A DNA stretch of 64,000 nucleotides. It comes from Mobula hypostoma (taxonomy: Eukaryota). This document shows, piece after piece, positions 25,201 to 40,200 of the stretch; the stretch's first letter is position 1; each line of letters opens with the position of its first letter. The stretch spans positions 17,114,001 to 17,178,000 of the forward strand of contig NC_086109.1 in the NCBI RefSeq assembly GCF_963921235.1. Reading direction: 5' to 3'. Both the position numbers and the translations under genes were made by a program. The notes below the pieces were generated by a model, which did no database searches, had not been told where the DNA came from, and saw nothing but the letters and a program-made list of their open reading frames with translations.

Positions 25201-28200
25201 AAGGAACAAATGCATGCACATACATCGGACTTCTGAATTTAATAATTAATGTGAGCTCACTTGTATGTAGGGTTGCCCATAAGTTAGGTGTTTGTAACCC
25301 AGCCTGTAATATTGAATACTACGGGAAACAAATGCTGTAAGGAATAATCCAAGCAAAGTCTTTCTTCAGCAAACCTTAAATGATAATGCCAAACAATTAG
25401 TTTTTGACAGCAACTCTATCTAAATAGAAGTATTACATCACACTATGATGCCAGAGAAATTAAATGAGAACCTTCAGACCTTACCAAGACATTTTTCAAT
25501 TTGACATCTCGATGCACAAGGCCTTGTCGGTGGAGAAACCGGATACCTTCCACGACATCAAGGGAAATCTGTAAACGTACTTCCAGCTTGAGACCAGCCT
25601 AGAAAAATCAGAAAACAGAAATTTTTGGCATCATGTTTGCAAGCATTATAATCTGGCTTTAAAATTTACCACCCAATTCCTGAAAATAATAACACTTGAC
25701 AAACCAAACAATACATTTCTTTCAGAAAGACCTAGAATAATTCTGAAATCTGAATCACTAAAAAAAAAACAAGTACAATGATTTGCAAGTCTTCACATCC
25801 ATGTTCCATATTGAACATTCAAACCACCATAACATGTAGTAAATCTGAATCACAGTATTTCTGGAACCAAGCCACATACTTTAGATTGCAAATTCATTTC
25901 CTGAGAGAACTGGAAAAGTCTTCAAGAACTTTCCTAATTTCCACCTAAAAAGTCTTTGCACTTTTTGAAAATGACTAATAGCCAGATAGATGTTCACCAG
26001 TGCAATATTCTAAAATGTAACAGGGAAAAAAAAAATCACTGGGTACTCCATATATTCCATTTTATCTTAAAATTGAGTTAACTAAAAGATTACAGCCAAA
26101 ATCATCTGATTATATATCCAAGGGGAGAAAGTCTTTTTACCAGAATTACTTCCAAAACTGGTACCAAGTAAGAACAGTTCAGCAAGCTGGAGCCATTTTT
26201 GAGTGACCCAGTACAAAAGAGTTTAATGGAGTAGACAACATGATGCTTCATGAAAGTATTCAAGGACACTCTCACTGCTACGGGCAGAAGTTCCCACTTG
26301 CTTCAGAGAGGCAACAATTGTACCAGTGCCTAAAAATAATAATGTGAGCTGCCTTAAAAATCGTCACCCAGTAGCACACACACATCTACAGTGATGAAAT
26401 GCTTTGAGGGGTTGGTCATGACTACACTGAACTCCCGCCTCAGCAAGGACCTGGACCCACTGCAATTTGCCAATCACCACAATAGGTCAATAGCAGGCAC
26501 AATCTCAATGACTCTTCACACAGCCTTAGACCACCTGGACAATACAAATAACCATGTTCATTGACTATAGTTCAGCATTTAACACCATCAGTCCCACAAT
26601 CCTGACTGATAATTTACAGAACCTGGGCCTCTGTACCTCCCTCTGCAATTGGATCCAACTTCCTAACCAGAAACCCACAATCTGTGCAGATTGGTGATAA
26701 TATCTCCTCCTCGCTGATAATCAACGCTGGTGCACCTCAGGGGTGTGTGCTTACTCCACATGACTGTGGCTAAGCATAGCTCAAACACAATCTATAAATT
26801 TGGTGATGATACAACCATTGTTGGTAGAATCTCAGATGGAGGTGACAGCATACAGGAGTGAGATATACCAACTAGTGGAGTGGTGTCACAGCAACAACCT
26901 TGCACTCAACGTCAGTAAGACAAAAGGGCTGATTATGGACTTCAGGAAGGGCAAGACGAAGGAACACATACCAATCCTCAGAGGGTTCAGAAGTGGAGAA
27001 AGTGAACAGTTTCAAGTTCCCGGATGTCAAGATCTCTGAGAACCTAACCTGGTCCCAACATATTGATGCAGCTATAAAGGCGGCAAGACAGCAGCTAGGA
27101 GTTTCAAGAGATGAGGAGTTTGAAGAGATTTGATATGTCAACAAAAACACCCTAAAACTTCCATAGATGTACTGTGGAGAGCATTCTGATAGGCTGCATC
27201 ACTGTCTGGTATGGGGGGGGGGTGGGGGTGGCTACTGCATAGGACAGAAAGAAGCTGTAAAGGGTCGTAAATTCAGTCATCTCCATCTTGGGTACTAGCT
27301 TACAAAGTACTCAGGACATCTTCAAGAAGCGTTGTCTCAAAGGCAGCATCCATTATTAAGGACCACCAGCAGCCAGGGCATGCCCTTTTCTCATTGTTAC
27401 CATCAGGCAGGAGGTACAGAAGCCTGAAGGCACACACGCAGCGATTCAGGAACAGCTTCTTCCCCTTTGCCATCCGATTCCTAAATGGACATTGAACCCT
27501 TGAACACTACCTCACTTTTTTAATACGTATTATTTCTGTTTTGCACAATTTTTAATCTATTCAATATATGTCTACTGTAATTGATTTTTTTCTTCTTCTA
27601 TATTTATGTATTGCATTGAACTACTGCTGTTAAGTTAACAAATTTCACGACACATGCCGGTGATGATAAACCTGATTCTGATGCTTCCTCTGAAAAGACA
27701 CTGTAATTAGAGCAATGAATTTACTGACATATCCAATGAATTTAGTTGTTTTTTTTTAAAACACTAGTGTGATTATAAAATTGAAAGATTGACATTTAAG
27801 CAGCTCAAAAAACATGACAGAATGTAACAGAACTACATGTTAATGGAAATAAATTATAGGACAGGCTTGGTGGACGTGGATATCAACATGTCCAGTGGAA
27901 GGGTTCAATTCATTCACATTCTACAGCGGATAGTCAAAACTGCCCAACACATCACTGGCACTAGCCTACCTGCCAACAAGGACATAAATACAGAAAGGTG
28001 TCAGGAAAGCACCAGTAACATCATGAAGAATCCCACCCATCCTGCTTATGGACCGTCTGTCCCATTCCCCATCAAGCAGGAGGTTACACAGCATCCACAC
28101 CAGGACCACCAGATTCAAAAACAGTTACTTTCCCCCAGCAGCAAGGATCATTAACTCCACCACCACTACTTTATTCCCTGTCAGTCACTTTATGCACAGC

Positions 28201-31200
28201 CTATTATCACTTTATGGACATACAAGCTATGTATTAATATTTGTTCGCAAACAACAGGAATTCTGCAGATGCTGGAAATTCAAGCAACATACATCAAAGT
28301 TGCTGGTGAACGCAGCAGGCCAAGCAGCATCTATAGGAAGAGGCCTCTTCCTATAGATGCTGCTTGGCCTGCTGCGTTCACCAGCAACTTTGATGTATGT
28401 TGTTATTAATATTTGTTCCTATTATTGCATTCTTCATATTGTTATTTTTGTGCTGCATCGAATCTGGAGTAAAAATTATTTCACCCCTTTATACTTGTGT
28501 ACTGGAAATAATATTAAACAATCTTGAACCTTGAACTTTAATAAATCAAGAAATTTAAGGGATTGCTTCAAGTTGATGAACTGGGTCATGGTCTAGGGCT
28601 CAGAGGACCTGAATGAATATGGCAAGATTGTCACGGAGTTCAAAAAGAAACGTGTGGATAAGTGAGTCTCCAAAACTTAGTGATCCCCAATCAGAAGCCC
28701 TAGATGAACAAAGATTAGCAATATGCTGAGGATTAGACTGGATACGGGTTACCCGGAAGAGCCAAAAATGATCAACTTATTTTTTTGGATAATATCAAAA
28801 AAAGTGGGAAAAAGGTGATTAAATGAATCAGTCACATTTTAAATGAATGGCAGGGTAACTGCAAGGAGCTGAAATACCTCTATAGATTAAGGCAAAACCT
28901 TTGTGGAATAAGAGTCTGATTTCTCATGTTTACCTTCAGCCCAGCATAGAGATCTCTGTGTAGTCTCTCCATGATTAACAGAACAGCAATGCTGGAACCG
29001 CCTCCATAACTGTAATCTATAACTGACCCATGAAGATCAACGAGTCGCTCGTGTCTAGGTAAGGATCTGTTAGATGGAGGAAAATAAAAATGTCTAAAAC
29101 TATAAAAAATGGAAATACCAATACAAGAAATTCAAAATTCATGATCAATACAGCTTTCTTCTGAAAATGGAAACAACTCACATTCTCTTCATCTGCAACA
29201 TACAAATGAATGGTGATTGCCAAACTTACTTATTTCTCCATTTTAAGAACAAATGTTTAGATCGACATCCTATGCTCATTCTGTGTACCTCACATGCTCT
29301 ATCACAACTACCAACTGACTGTGTGTCTCTATCATGACCTGTCCTTAACATAGAAGTTAAGGATTTAGCCTTTCAAGCCTGTTCCAATCTGGACAGATGA
29401 TAGTTCATGGCCAAAGCTACTAGGCAAAGGCATGGAACAAGAACATTGCAGCCTGAATAGGGCACCTTACCAGCAATTCACCAAAACTACGGGCAAAAAA
29501 AGTTACAGCCTAACAGCATCAACTTGAGTTGCCTTCTGTTTTTAAATTTCTGCAGCTAAAAGTCTTCTCATATCAGGTTTAAACAAAATGCTCAAGGCCC
29601 AAAACAAGCATTCCCTCGTGAGGGTCTCTCCACTGATTCCATTTAAAGTAATCACTCATTAGTTGTCCATCATGAAAATATTTCCAAAAGGACAAAGTGG
29701 AACAGCCAAGAAAAATTCACCTCACATCAGACCAGCACAAAATTTCACACTTTAAATGAAAATTAGAATTCCACTCTAATCACAAGGAAGAAAATGGCAC
29801 TCTGCAAAATACCAAGAGTGGACAGGAAACCAAGCTTTTGTGGATCAGCAAAGCCAGATGAAACTTTTCACACAGTTATGACTTTCAGTAATTCCCCAGT
29901 AATTTAATATTGATAGCAATCTCTACACATTTCATACCTTGTGTAGTGAAATTCTAGTGCAAGGTCATTCCAGTGCTTGTCATCTGGAGGTACAACAGAC
30001 TTTAGAGCACAGGGAGAGTGACCAGCCCAAGTATCACAGAGGTATACTACTCCATACTGGCCACGGCCCAGCTCACGTCCCAGCTTAGGTTTACCTGTGT
30101 TACAAAAATAAGTAGCTTTAGATTATTCTTTGTTTTCTTACTTCAAGAATAAATCAGCAAATCTCTTCGAACAATGCACAAAACTTAAAGGGTTGAGAGA
30201 CTGCTTACTTGAACACAGAACAGTACTGCAACAGGCCCTTCAGCTCATGATGTTCTACTGAATTCATCTAATGACACCTAAACAATCTATCTGCACATGT
30301 TCCATATCCTTCTATTCTCTGCCTATTCATGTGCCAAAGAGCCTCAAACACCTCCAAAATATTTGACACCACCACCCCACAAAAGCAAATTGCACATCTC
30401 ATATATGCAATTACGCAAAGCAGTATTCTGCACCCATTCAAGCAAAAATGAAAACTCTATACTCAAAGAGCAACCTTACCATGCAGCAGCAAGTCGCGGA
30501 GTGAACGACTTTCCAATGAAAGACGAGCTAGACGTGGGGCATGGTCTTTCCGTACCTTTAGCCAGAGATCCTCTGTTCTTTCAAGTTTTCCTGAAAGGCC
30601 TGTTTCAAGCTGTAATGCAACAGCAGAGAAAGCAAACCATTGGAAAATTCAGGCGGAGGATGATGCATTGAAAGAAAATTCAATAAATACCACATGGGAC
30701 AGGTTATGCTGAAAGATGAAGGGATTTTGGGGAAGCAAGGTGCATTCCTGGACAGGTCATAAACATGAGTGCCGAATGGAAACAAAAAGAATCATTTGTA
30801 TTTGTATTTTTTTAAAAAAAACACAGCCCTTTCAATTATTTCCATTCACAAGATTAACTGAGTTCAAAAAGGGAAACAATTTTTTTTAAAAGCTTAGAAG
30901 TACTGCCACCACAAACTCAAAGTGAAATGCTTATGTCAATGGGGCCATAGGGAAAGAAAGTTAAACTTCTGGCCAGTGAGACTTCCTCAAGGTGCCTGAA
31001 ACTTCCTTTGGTCAAAACTTTGCCTGACCCTGAATATACCTAGCACTGTACTTTCACAGAATTTTAGCATATACACTGTTTTACTCCACTAACCGTACAT
31101 AACTTTGCATGCTGCCAAGTCATGCAATTATCTACAATAAAAAAACAAATTTGTTACTCTTCTCCCCCACCCCCACCAAATCAATATCACTGTCCTATTT

Positions 31201-34200
31201 CGAATAAATGGAGTCACAGCACATCGGCTGGCAATCACTGGCACAAAGCCAAGGGACTGAATGCAAAGTGAATCCAGTTTCTGAGCTCAGAATGTCCAAT
31301 TCACCCCTGCAGTCAGTGGAGACTCCAAACATGGGGTAGAAGGTCAGAATTACCAGCAACCTTTTGGCTGGTGCTTGCAGAGCACAGGCATGCAATGTGA
31401 TTATCTGTCTATCCCTAAGTGGCAGGGCCCTTTTTGTGGGCACTTCAATAGACAATTAAAATCAACCACATTAATGGAGGTTAGTCAGGCTAGACAAGTA
31501 TTGTCTTCACTCAAGGACACAACTGAACCAAATTGCTTTCCATACTTACTGTTACTGATAACTTTTTAATAACTTCACCAACTTTGGTGTGATTCAAATC
31601 CAAGTGGATGAATACTCTGGGCATTGTTAATTAAACAGTTGCTTAATCCTTCTCAAGAAAACCTGATAGGAGCATCATAATACAAACACTCAACGTGAAC
31701 AAACCTGTCGTAGAGAGGCAGCAAATGCTTCATGTGAGCTATTAAGACGGGTGCGGAACTGACTACAAATGCTTTTCGCAAGTTTTGATGCACAAAGGCT
31801 CTCAATAGCATCCTGGGCAATTTTCCTTTTCCACTCAATGGTTACAGCTGGAGGATGTACCCAAGGCATCCTATGAATTATCTGCAGAGTGGAAAAAGGA
31901 AGAAAGTAAGTCACTCATGTCAAGTCTTCCATTAGTTTCCCTTAAACCAATATTCTTATACAGATACTACTCTTCTTGAACAGTTTTAAGATTTCTAAGC
32001 CTCCCAAACCTCCTGGGTTCACAGATCTATCCACACTCATGGAACAGAACAGTAGATTACTTGATCATTCATACACACAATTTCCTCTTGGAAACACAAA
32101 ATGCCCTCCTCCTGTTGCTACACTAAATGCATCACAACTCAAGGAAAATATATTATCCAACATGCTAGCTACCAGAAATCAAACAATGCCATAAAGGTTA
32201 TGAAATTCATATCGCTACGAGTCAGGGTATCTGTACAGCTCTTGGTAGGTTAATTAAGCACAAGAGCACAATAAATGAAATTGCAAAACATTACGCACCA
32301 TTTATAAACTAGCAGCCCAGATGAAATTACTTCTGGCAACCTCCATCGGTTTTAAATTAATTTACTTAACTTTCTCCAAATTTGTTTGACTGTCGCAAAG
32401 TGATCCACTCTAGTTTCTAGACATGGGATGTCTTGATCTATCATTCTCTTTCCTCATCCGGTAATATACAGACCTAAGCGACCTTGCCAAACGCATACAG
32501 TGGAAACATCCCAAAAACCTAAAGCTCATAGCCATTACACATGCTCATCTTTCAGAAGAGAGACTGACTAGCACTCCTTATAAGTAATCTGGCCATTTGC
32601 TCATCGACACATTGTGAATGTTGCTGATAAAGCCAGCAGTTGTTTCTCAAACTGAACTGAGTGGCCAGCTGTGCCATTTTCAGAGAATGATGGAAAGCTT
32701 AGCACATCATGGGTCTGGAGACACACAAACCAGACCAAGTATAGTCAACAATTTCCCTTCCCTAAAGACTTTACATGGGTTTTAAATCATGGTCCAGTAA
32801 CTTTGTGACCACAGTGATGAGATATTGTACATTTAACTACTCAGGTGAAAATTCCACAGCTACTCTGATGAGACTTTAAGCATATCCAAATGAATTAATC
32901 AATGTAAGAAACTTTAAGCATATCCAAATGCATTAATCAATGTAAGAAATTAAAAGTAGCCACGATACTGCTGGCTTGACAAAAGGCGCTACTCAAAATT
33001 AAACTATGCAGCAATCAAACAAAATGCTCGTCCAGCAGTACACCAAGAATTTGATTGACGACCCTAATGTAAAAGCTTTTAAGCATTTAGGAGAAATGAA
33101 AGGTAAAATAGATGAAAATCAAAGGTAAGAATGTAATAATTCAGATAGCATATAGAAATGGGGTGACTGAATATCTTCTAACCTCATATATTCTATAATA
33201 ATAGATAGATCAGCAAATAACACTAACCTGCTTGATCTGCTCCCAAAGCAGCCGGGAAACCGTTGAGCCTGAGTGGAATGTCACCTCAACATGATATGCA
33301 GCATTTAAAATCTATGAAAAGACACCATTATTTACCACAACCCTGAATAACTAAAACGTTAAGCAATAATCCTCAATACAAGAAAATTGTGACACAGAAT
33401 GTTTCAAGCACAGCACATCTTGGAGGAACTAAACCTCTTGGTCCCAAAGCTCACCTTCCTCACATCATTTCCAAAGACAAACTAATAGATTATTATGATT
33501 AGGCAACAAACCTATCGTTAGCTCAGAGACAACCCGTGTATTGCATGACATACACCTTGGACTTCGAACAAAAATTTGTAATAGAAAGACAAAATTGAAG
33601 TGTATGGCCATAGAGTTTTTCCAACAGCACCATTTGAAACAGATGAGCCACATGGTCACGAGCCAAGACGTGGGGAATTCACTTTCAAAAACAGTATAGT
33701 TTTGGCTTCCCTTAAAGCAAGATCTTTAACAGCATTGAAGTACAGAGGGACATTGGGGTTCAAATCCATTGCTCCCTGAAAATGGGCATACAAGTTGATA
33801 GGGTAATAAAGGTGGATAGTATGCTTGTCTTTGTTAGTCAAGGCACTGAATTCAAGATTCAGGATGTTGCAGCTATTTAAAACTCTGGTTAGGCTTTACC
33901 TAGGTAATTTATTCAATTCTAGCAGCCCATTACAGAGGGGAAGGAATTGGGAGATTTGAGATAGGGTGTGACCTGGATTAGATGGCACATGCTCTGACAG
34001 TTTGGACAGACTTGGGTTGTTTTCTCTAGAGACCAACCCTCGGAGGCAATAATATAGCTAATATATGCCCCCCATTATTCAAGCCCTTCAGTTATTTCAG
34101 TTGACATTATAAGAGGATGCCCTGGCTGAGTAGAACAGCTTCATTGCTACTGAAGAAAAAATACTTAAGAAAAAAGCTCCGCAACATAAATTTCTTCCTC

Positions 34201-37200
34201 AACATTATCTTACATTACAAGTTCCAGGATGTCCCCAGTTTGCTCAATGAGGCAATCTTCAAAATTCTCACTGGGATTATTATATCCCAGGACTTGAATT
34301 ACCATGGGCAAGCATCCCTAATTTAAATTCCCATACTTTAAAAAGGATTCATTATAATCTCACACTACAGCAGACTTCCTCCCATTCACATCATCACGGT
34401 ACAGGAAAAAGACCAAAATGCCATTCGAGCGTTATAACAAAGACAACTGACACAAAGATTTTTCAAACAGAGAAAATTAACAAACCGGGGACAATGCCAA
34501 GATTATGACAACATATTGCATAGAATTTGCACCACAGATACAGATTATTCCACCATTAGATTAACAATACTTGTTATCTATACAAATCTCATTGTGTCTA
34601 TAGCTCGTCTGTGGTTTCCATACAGATCACAGGAGACAAATACCATGTCAAATAGCAAAATCCTCCACCAGCTACGTCCCCTACCCTATATTCAAACTTC
34701 TTTTATTTGGTATTATATTGAGCACATGAAGTTTACATTTTGTGGAGCTAGTTGTTCGGAGATAACATTTCCTCCAGCATTTTCTGTGTGTTTGTTATCT
34801 TTATACTGTTGGCTCACTGGCAGCTAACTATCAACAGGATTGAATTACTTAGATGACTTCAAAAATTAACTTTCAGATTAGAAACTTGAGATGGAAGACA
34901 GAATAAGTCTGTCTTATTTCAGTTCTGTTGCACAACAAGCAAAACAGACAATAGCACCATCATTGTTTTGACTTGTGAGAAAACCTAAGCCAACAAGATT
35001 CTTTATAATAGTCAGAGCAGATTACTTTATTACGGATTGCCTAATAAAGTAGCACAAATGTTCTTTCAGCCACAGTTACGAGAGGTGGTACACAAGTAAA
35101 AGTGCAAAGATAATAATAAAAGAAATAGAATGGGAGAGAAGGGGATTCATCTTATTTCTGCTCTTGGATATACCTAACCAGCTTATGTCATTTTTTTTCT
35201 GCATTGCTCTATGAATAAACACTACACCTTTTTTTTCCTTGAAATGAAAATGCCTCCACCAGCCTTCAAGGTGCTGTATTTCGGATTACTGATATCTGTG
35301 CAACATTTCCTCCTCTCCCCTCAAGTCAGTACACAGATTTAGTTACGATACTAGCTAGAAAATACCATCTAAAGCAAAAAAATACATGAAGCCACTAATA
35401 AAGTTTCACAATAACTGCTGCACAGTGCTGAAAATACTGGCATGCCCAAGAGCTTTTGTCATCCATTACCCACTTTTGACACACCTGCTTCAGATGATTG
35501 CTGGCAACATTGTTCACTGCAGAATCCTGGCTGGATTTCTCCAGGCTCTTCAGGCACCGCTCGAGGGTCCCAACAAAACTCTCTCGAAGGTAGTCAACAG
35601 AGCTGATCAGCTTATTGGCAACCGCCTGATTTAACCGAGTAATAATCAACTCCTGAATCTGTTTGATGCAGCATTTAATATCCTTATTGCCAACAGTCTC
35701 ACCATTCTCAGAGATGATTATGTCTGTGGCCGAGGGTGGGGAATGAGGGGGGAACAAAAGAAAATGAGAAAACAAGCTTAATATGCTAAAAGCATTCCAA
35801 AAATTCAAATTACATAAATACTGTAGTAAAATACTTCAGTTCATTTTAAGAATAGCATTACAAAACCAAAAAAGGTTAGGAAACCTACATTTAACCAAGG
35901 CAAAATTGTCACAGTTAAATTACACTTTAATTAAAATGGAAGTAAGGCAGAGTGGCAAAATTCTATAAATGTGGGCAAAAGTCATACATCACAGAAATAC
36001 ATCTTTAGGCCCAGCTGGTCTATGCCGTTCAAGATTCCCATTTGCTTGCATTTGGCTCACATCCCTCTAAAGCCTTTCCTATCTGTGTCTCTGTCCAGGT
36101 CTTTTAAATGTTGTTAACGTACCTACCTCAACCACTTCCTCCAGTAGCTCTTTCTATGTAGTGATCACTCTCTGGCTGAAGTCTTAAGTCTCTTCCCTCT
36201 CACCTTAAACCTACAGCCTCAAGTTCAGGGTTTTCACACTGAGATCCAAGGACCCCTCGGTTAAAGGTAAGGGCCCATGGCAAAAAAAAGATTGGGAACC
36301 CCTGCTCTAATTCTTGACGCTGTAAAAAAACAAAACCCACTATGCACATTCACTATCTATGCCACTTGTAATTTTATACATTCTATCAGATCACCCCACA
36401 ATTTCCTGTGGTCCAATGAAAATAGTCCCAAGCTGTTCAACATGTGTCCGCAGCTCAGTCCCTCAAGTCCCAGCAGTATTCTTATAAATTCGCTCAAATT
36501 CCAATTTAATGGCATATTTCCCGTTTGATGGTGACCAAAACTGAACACAATATTCCAAATCCAGTTTCATCAATGACTTGTACAACAAGCAAGACACTCA
36601 GTATTGAATCCAACTTCCATACTCAAATGCCCTGACTGATGAAGGACAGTGTGCCAAAAGCCACCTGCAAATAAAGTAATCAAGGTACTTGAAGATAAAA
36701 ATACACAATATATCACAATAAAATCTTGAAGCCTTATGTAGTGAGGTATAACCAGGATACATGCAACTCTGGATGCAGTGAGATTGCCAAATTTGGATCA
36801 AATCAGTATGGGGTAAAAATATTTCAGGCTGTAGGACCATCACTGGAAGTCTCTCAGAATCAAGAATAGGCTAGCCAGTCCCTGAATTCTGTTCCACTTT
36901 ACAAATTAAATGCAAATTTTAATATCAATTGAAGCTAACATACTAAATTAAGAGCCCAACTTATTAAGTTGGTTTAAGTGTGACTAAACTACTCCCACCA
37001 AAGATTATTCTCCTATATAATTAATGCACCTCAACTCAAACTGCTACATAATAACATTGAAGTTAATTAATACTACTTCATATAGCCAGACTGGGGTCAC
37101 TTATTCAGAACTGAAATGAGAAATTTTAATGGTTTGAATACCTTCTGTACCGAAGTTTGTGGTTGGTTACTTGTATTCAGGATTGAAATTGGAAGATATA

Positions 37201-40200
37201 TAGTACAGTACTGTGCAAAAATCTTAGGCATATTATCTATATATATGCGCCTAAGACTTTTGCACCGTACTGTATTTGTGAACATGGAGTCGAGACTGAG
37301 TTTGTAAATCTGGTGGGAACAAAGGATGTTGGGAATGGCGAGGGTGGAGCACAACGGGAAGGGTGTTGCACAAGTAGCAGAGAAGGAGTGCTGGGGAGGG
37401 GGTGGCATTGATGCAGACACACCCAACACTGAGACACCAGGCAAGGTCATTTGATTAGTGACAGGAATTTTTAAACAAGTATTAGCAGAATACACTTATA
37501 GTGGTACACTGCCTGCTCCATTGATTTTTATAAAGTGACACCATTACTAGTTCTGGGTATTTAGATACAGTATCAATAAATGACCGAATACCATTTTACA
37601 ATCCAACTACCACCCTGAAAATCCCGTTGATCCCAGTTCCCAGTACTTGTAAGGGCGGGGGGAAGAGGAGGGAAGGTAGGGTTAGAGTTAAGAACTTGCT
37701 ATTTATAACCCTTATTTATATCATAATCTGTTCATTATCTTTTCTGAGCACACTGGACCTTTTAACTGTCAATGCATTCTGTGCTTTCTAACACTAGGTG
37801 GTGCTACTGCTCCCCAAACTCATCCTGCAGATCCAATTTCTCCAGTTTGCACATAATCTGTCCACTTAATGAGCTACTGTTCAAAGTATTTCCTCTTTGT
37901 GCTGACTGCTGTACCACTAGTTGCTTTTTTTTGGCTTTTCCCCACCCCACCACCATTGCAACATGCTATTCCTGTTGGCTTCTGGCAAGTTAGATTCATT
38001 CTAGAGGCAGCTTTCACAATTTACCCTTGGCTGTGAAGTGTACAGAACATAGGTAACAATGTGATGCAGAAACAGATAATTTAGTTTCCAAGCTTAATAT
38101 ACTGTACAAATCATTACTAACAACTTAGAAATAAATAAATGTTAGAATCAAGGAGAGCCCCTGTGCTTCGATATCACAATTGGATCAGAAACAGCAGTTA
38201 TCATGGCAGCATCCAGCATTGATCAAGCAGGGAATACACAAAGTGAACACAACCAATATTACATTCTTGAAACTACTGAAGTGGCAGGCTATCAGGAGGA
38301 CTAGGAAAGAGGGAAGTATGGGAGAAAACAGTGGGAAACAAAATAGACTAACATGCATTCAAATCATCTTTGTTGAATAAAGTTCAGAATTTCCAACTAC
38401 AATGTACAGTATTGGCAACATGGTTTATTTAATTAAGAATGGGGTCAATTCTGAAATAAAGCACCATGTTGAAGCTCCATCTTGCATCATATAAAAGCAG
38501 CTAGAAAAGATGTTCAAACACGAAAATCCTTCAACAACTAAATAAGTTTTTGCTTTTTCAGGAGGAAACTGAACTAAGGAAACTTTACTCCTAGCTCAAG
38601 AACAGCAAGTACTGAATGAGGATGCACCATGTTCATGGCCATTAATCACCTGTAAGAGGGAAAACTCTCGTCTCCTACTGAACCAAGTAGAAATGTTGCA
38701 TGGATCAAAGTAGAACACAGCAAGTTATTTTTCAGTGCATGACTACTTTAGAAATTCAGCATTTCTATTGTCAACTTGATATTTTCTAACATGTTCTGAA
38801 TTAAGGAAATGATTAGCTCATTGCTTTACTTCGGGTGGAATACTGTTCTGCTCTCCCTTTTAAAAAGTACTCAATGCCAATAAAAATCTGAATACCTCTT
38901 TGTGCAATTAGATCCTCGATAGCCTTACTTGGTTTACCCAGTCATTTCAGATTGGCAGCATCTCCTGCACAATCTTCATCAGCACAGGTGCACTACAAGG
39001 CCATGTGCTTGGGCTCTGCTCTATTCGCTTTATACTTAAGACTGCAAAGCTAAACAGTCTCAATACCATATTTCAATTTGCTGTTAGCCAAATCAAAGGT
39101 GGTGAGGAATCAGCATTTAGGAGGAAAATTGTGGTCTTCAGGAAGGGTAAGACAAAGGAACACATACCAATCCTCAGAGAGATCAGAAATGGAGAGAGTG
39201 AGCAGTTTCAAGTGCCTGAGTGTCAAGATTTCTGAGGATCTAACCTGGTCCCAACATATCGATACAGCTGTAAAGGTGGCAAGGCAATGACTATGCTTCA
39301 TTAGGAGTTTGAAGAGATTGGTATTTCAAATCCACTCAAGAAATTCTACAGATGATTATTCCAATCCTTTCGCTCATTTCCTACATTTGTCCTGCCAAAC
39401 AGTGGCAACTGATGCCCACTTCCTTAATTGACCCAGAGAATTAAATCAAGGTTGATCCATAGGGCAGTGGTTCCCAACCTCCGGGCCGCAGACCGATACA
39501 TTGCCGCGAAGAATGCAGCGGTGGCCGGAACGCACCCAGCAAGTCTTTAAGAAAAAAGCCGAAATAAACAAACTAATTAATCAGGTGCCGCCCGGCACAT
39601 AAATGTCGGCCCAGATCAGAGGCGACGTAATCGGCAATCGCCTCTGATCTGGGCCGACATTTAACATGCTGCGCGGCACCTAATTAATTAGCTTGCTTAT
39701 TTTGGCTTTTTTCTTAAAGATGCGCTGGGTGTGTTCTGGCTACCACTGCACCCCTGCATGCTTTGCGGCAATGTATCGGTCTGTGGCCCGGAGGTTGGGA
39801 ACCACTGCCATAGGGCACCAAAAGCAGTTCATTCAGAACTCATAGATCAGATAAATTTGTACAACTTTAGACACAAGAGGCATACATTCCACCAATTGGT
39901 AGGTCAATTCTAACATCATGAACAAGGTGGGAATAAGGGCCCAGTACATGCATGCAGGCCAGAGTCAACAAGCTTGAAAAATCAAGACTCACTGTGGTCC
40001 AATGAAATGTTGTTTCATTTGGTTGTATACATATACAGATAATAAACTTGAACTTCACTGTACTACTGACCTCTCTTTTGGGTGACTGAACCAATTTACA
40101 CTTTGACATAGATCTAAAAGTTGCCATTTGAGGACTTTACCCTTAAATCACTAATCATTAGTTTGGACAATATTTAATGCTCTTTGTGGAGTTTCTAAAT

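Noticed and set aside
30297..30671. 124-aa plus-strand ORF
   Set aside because: Overlaps exon 7 antisense; no recognisable protein.
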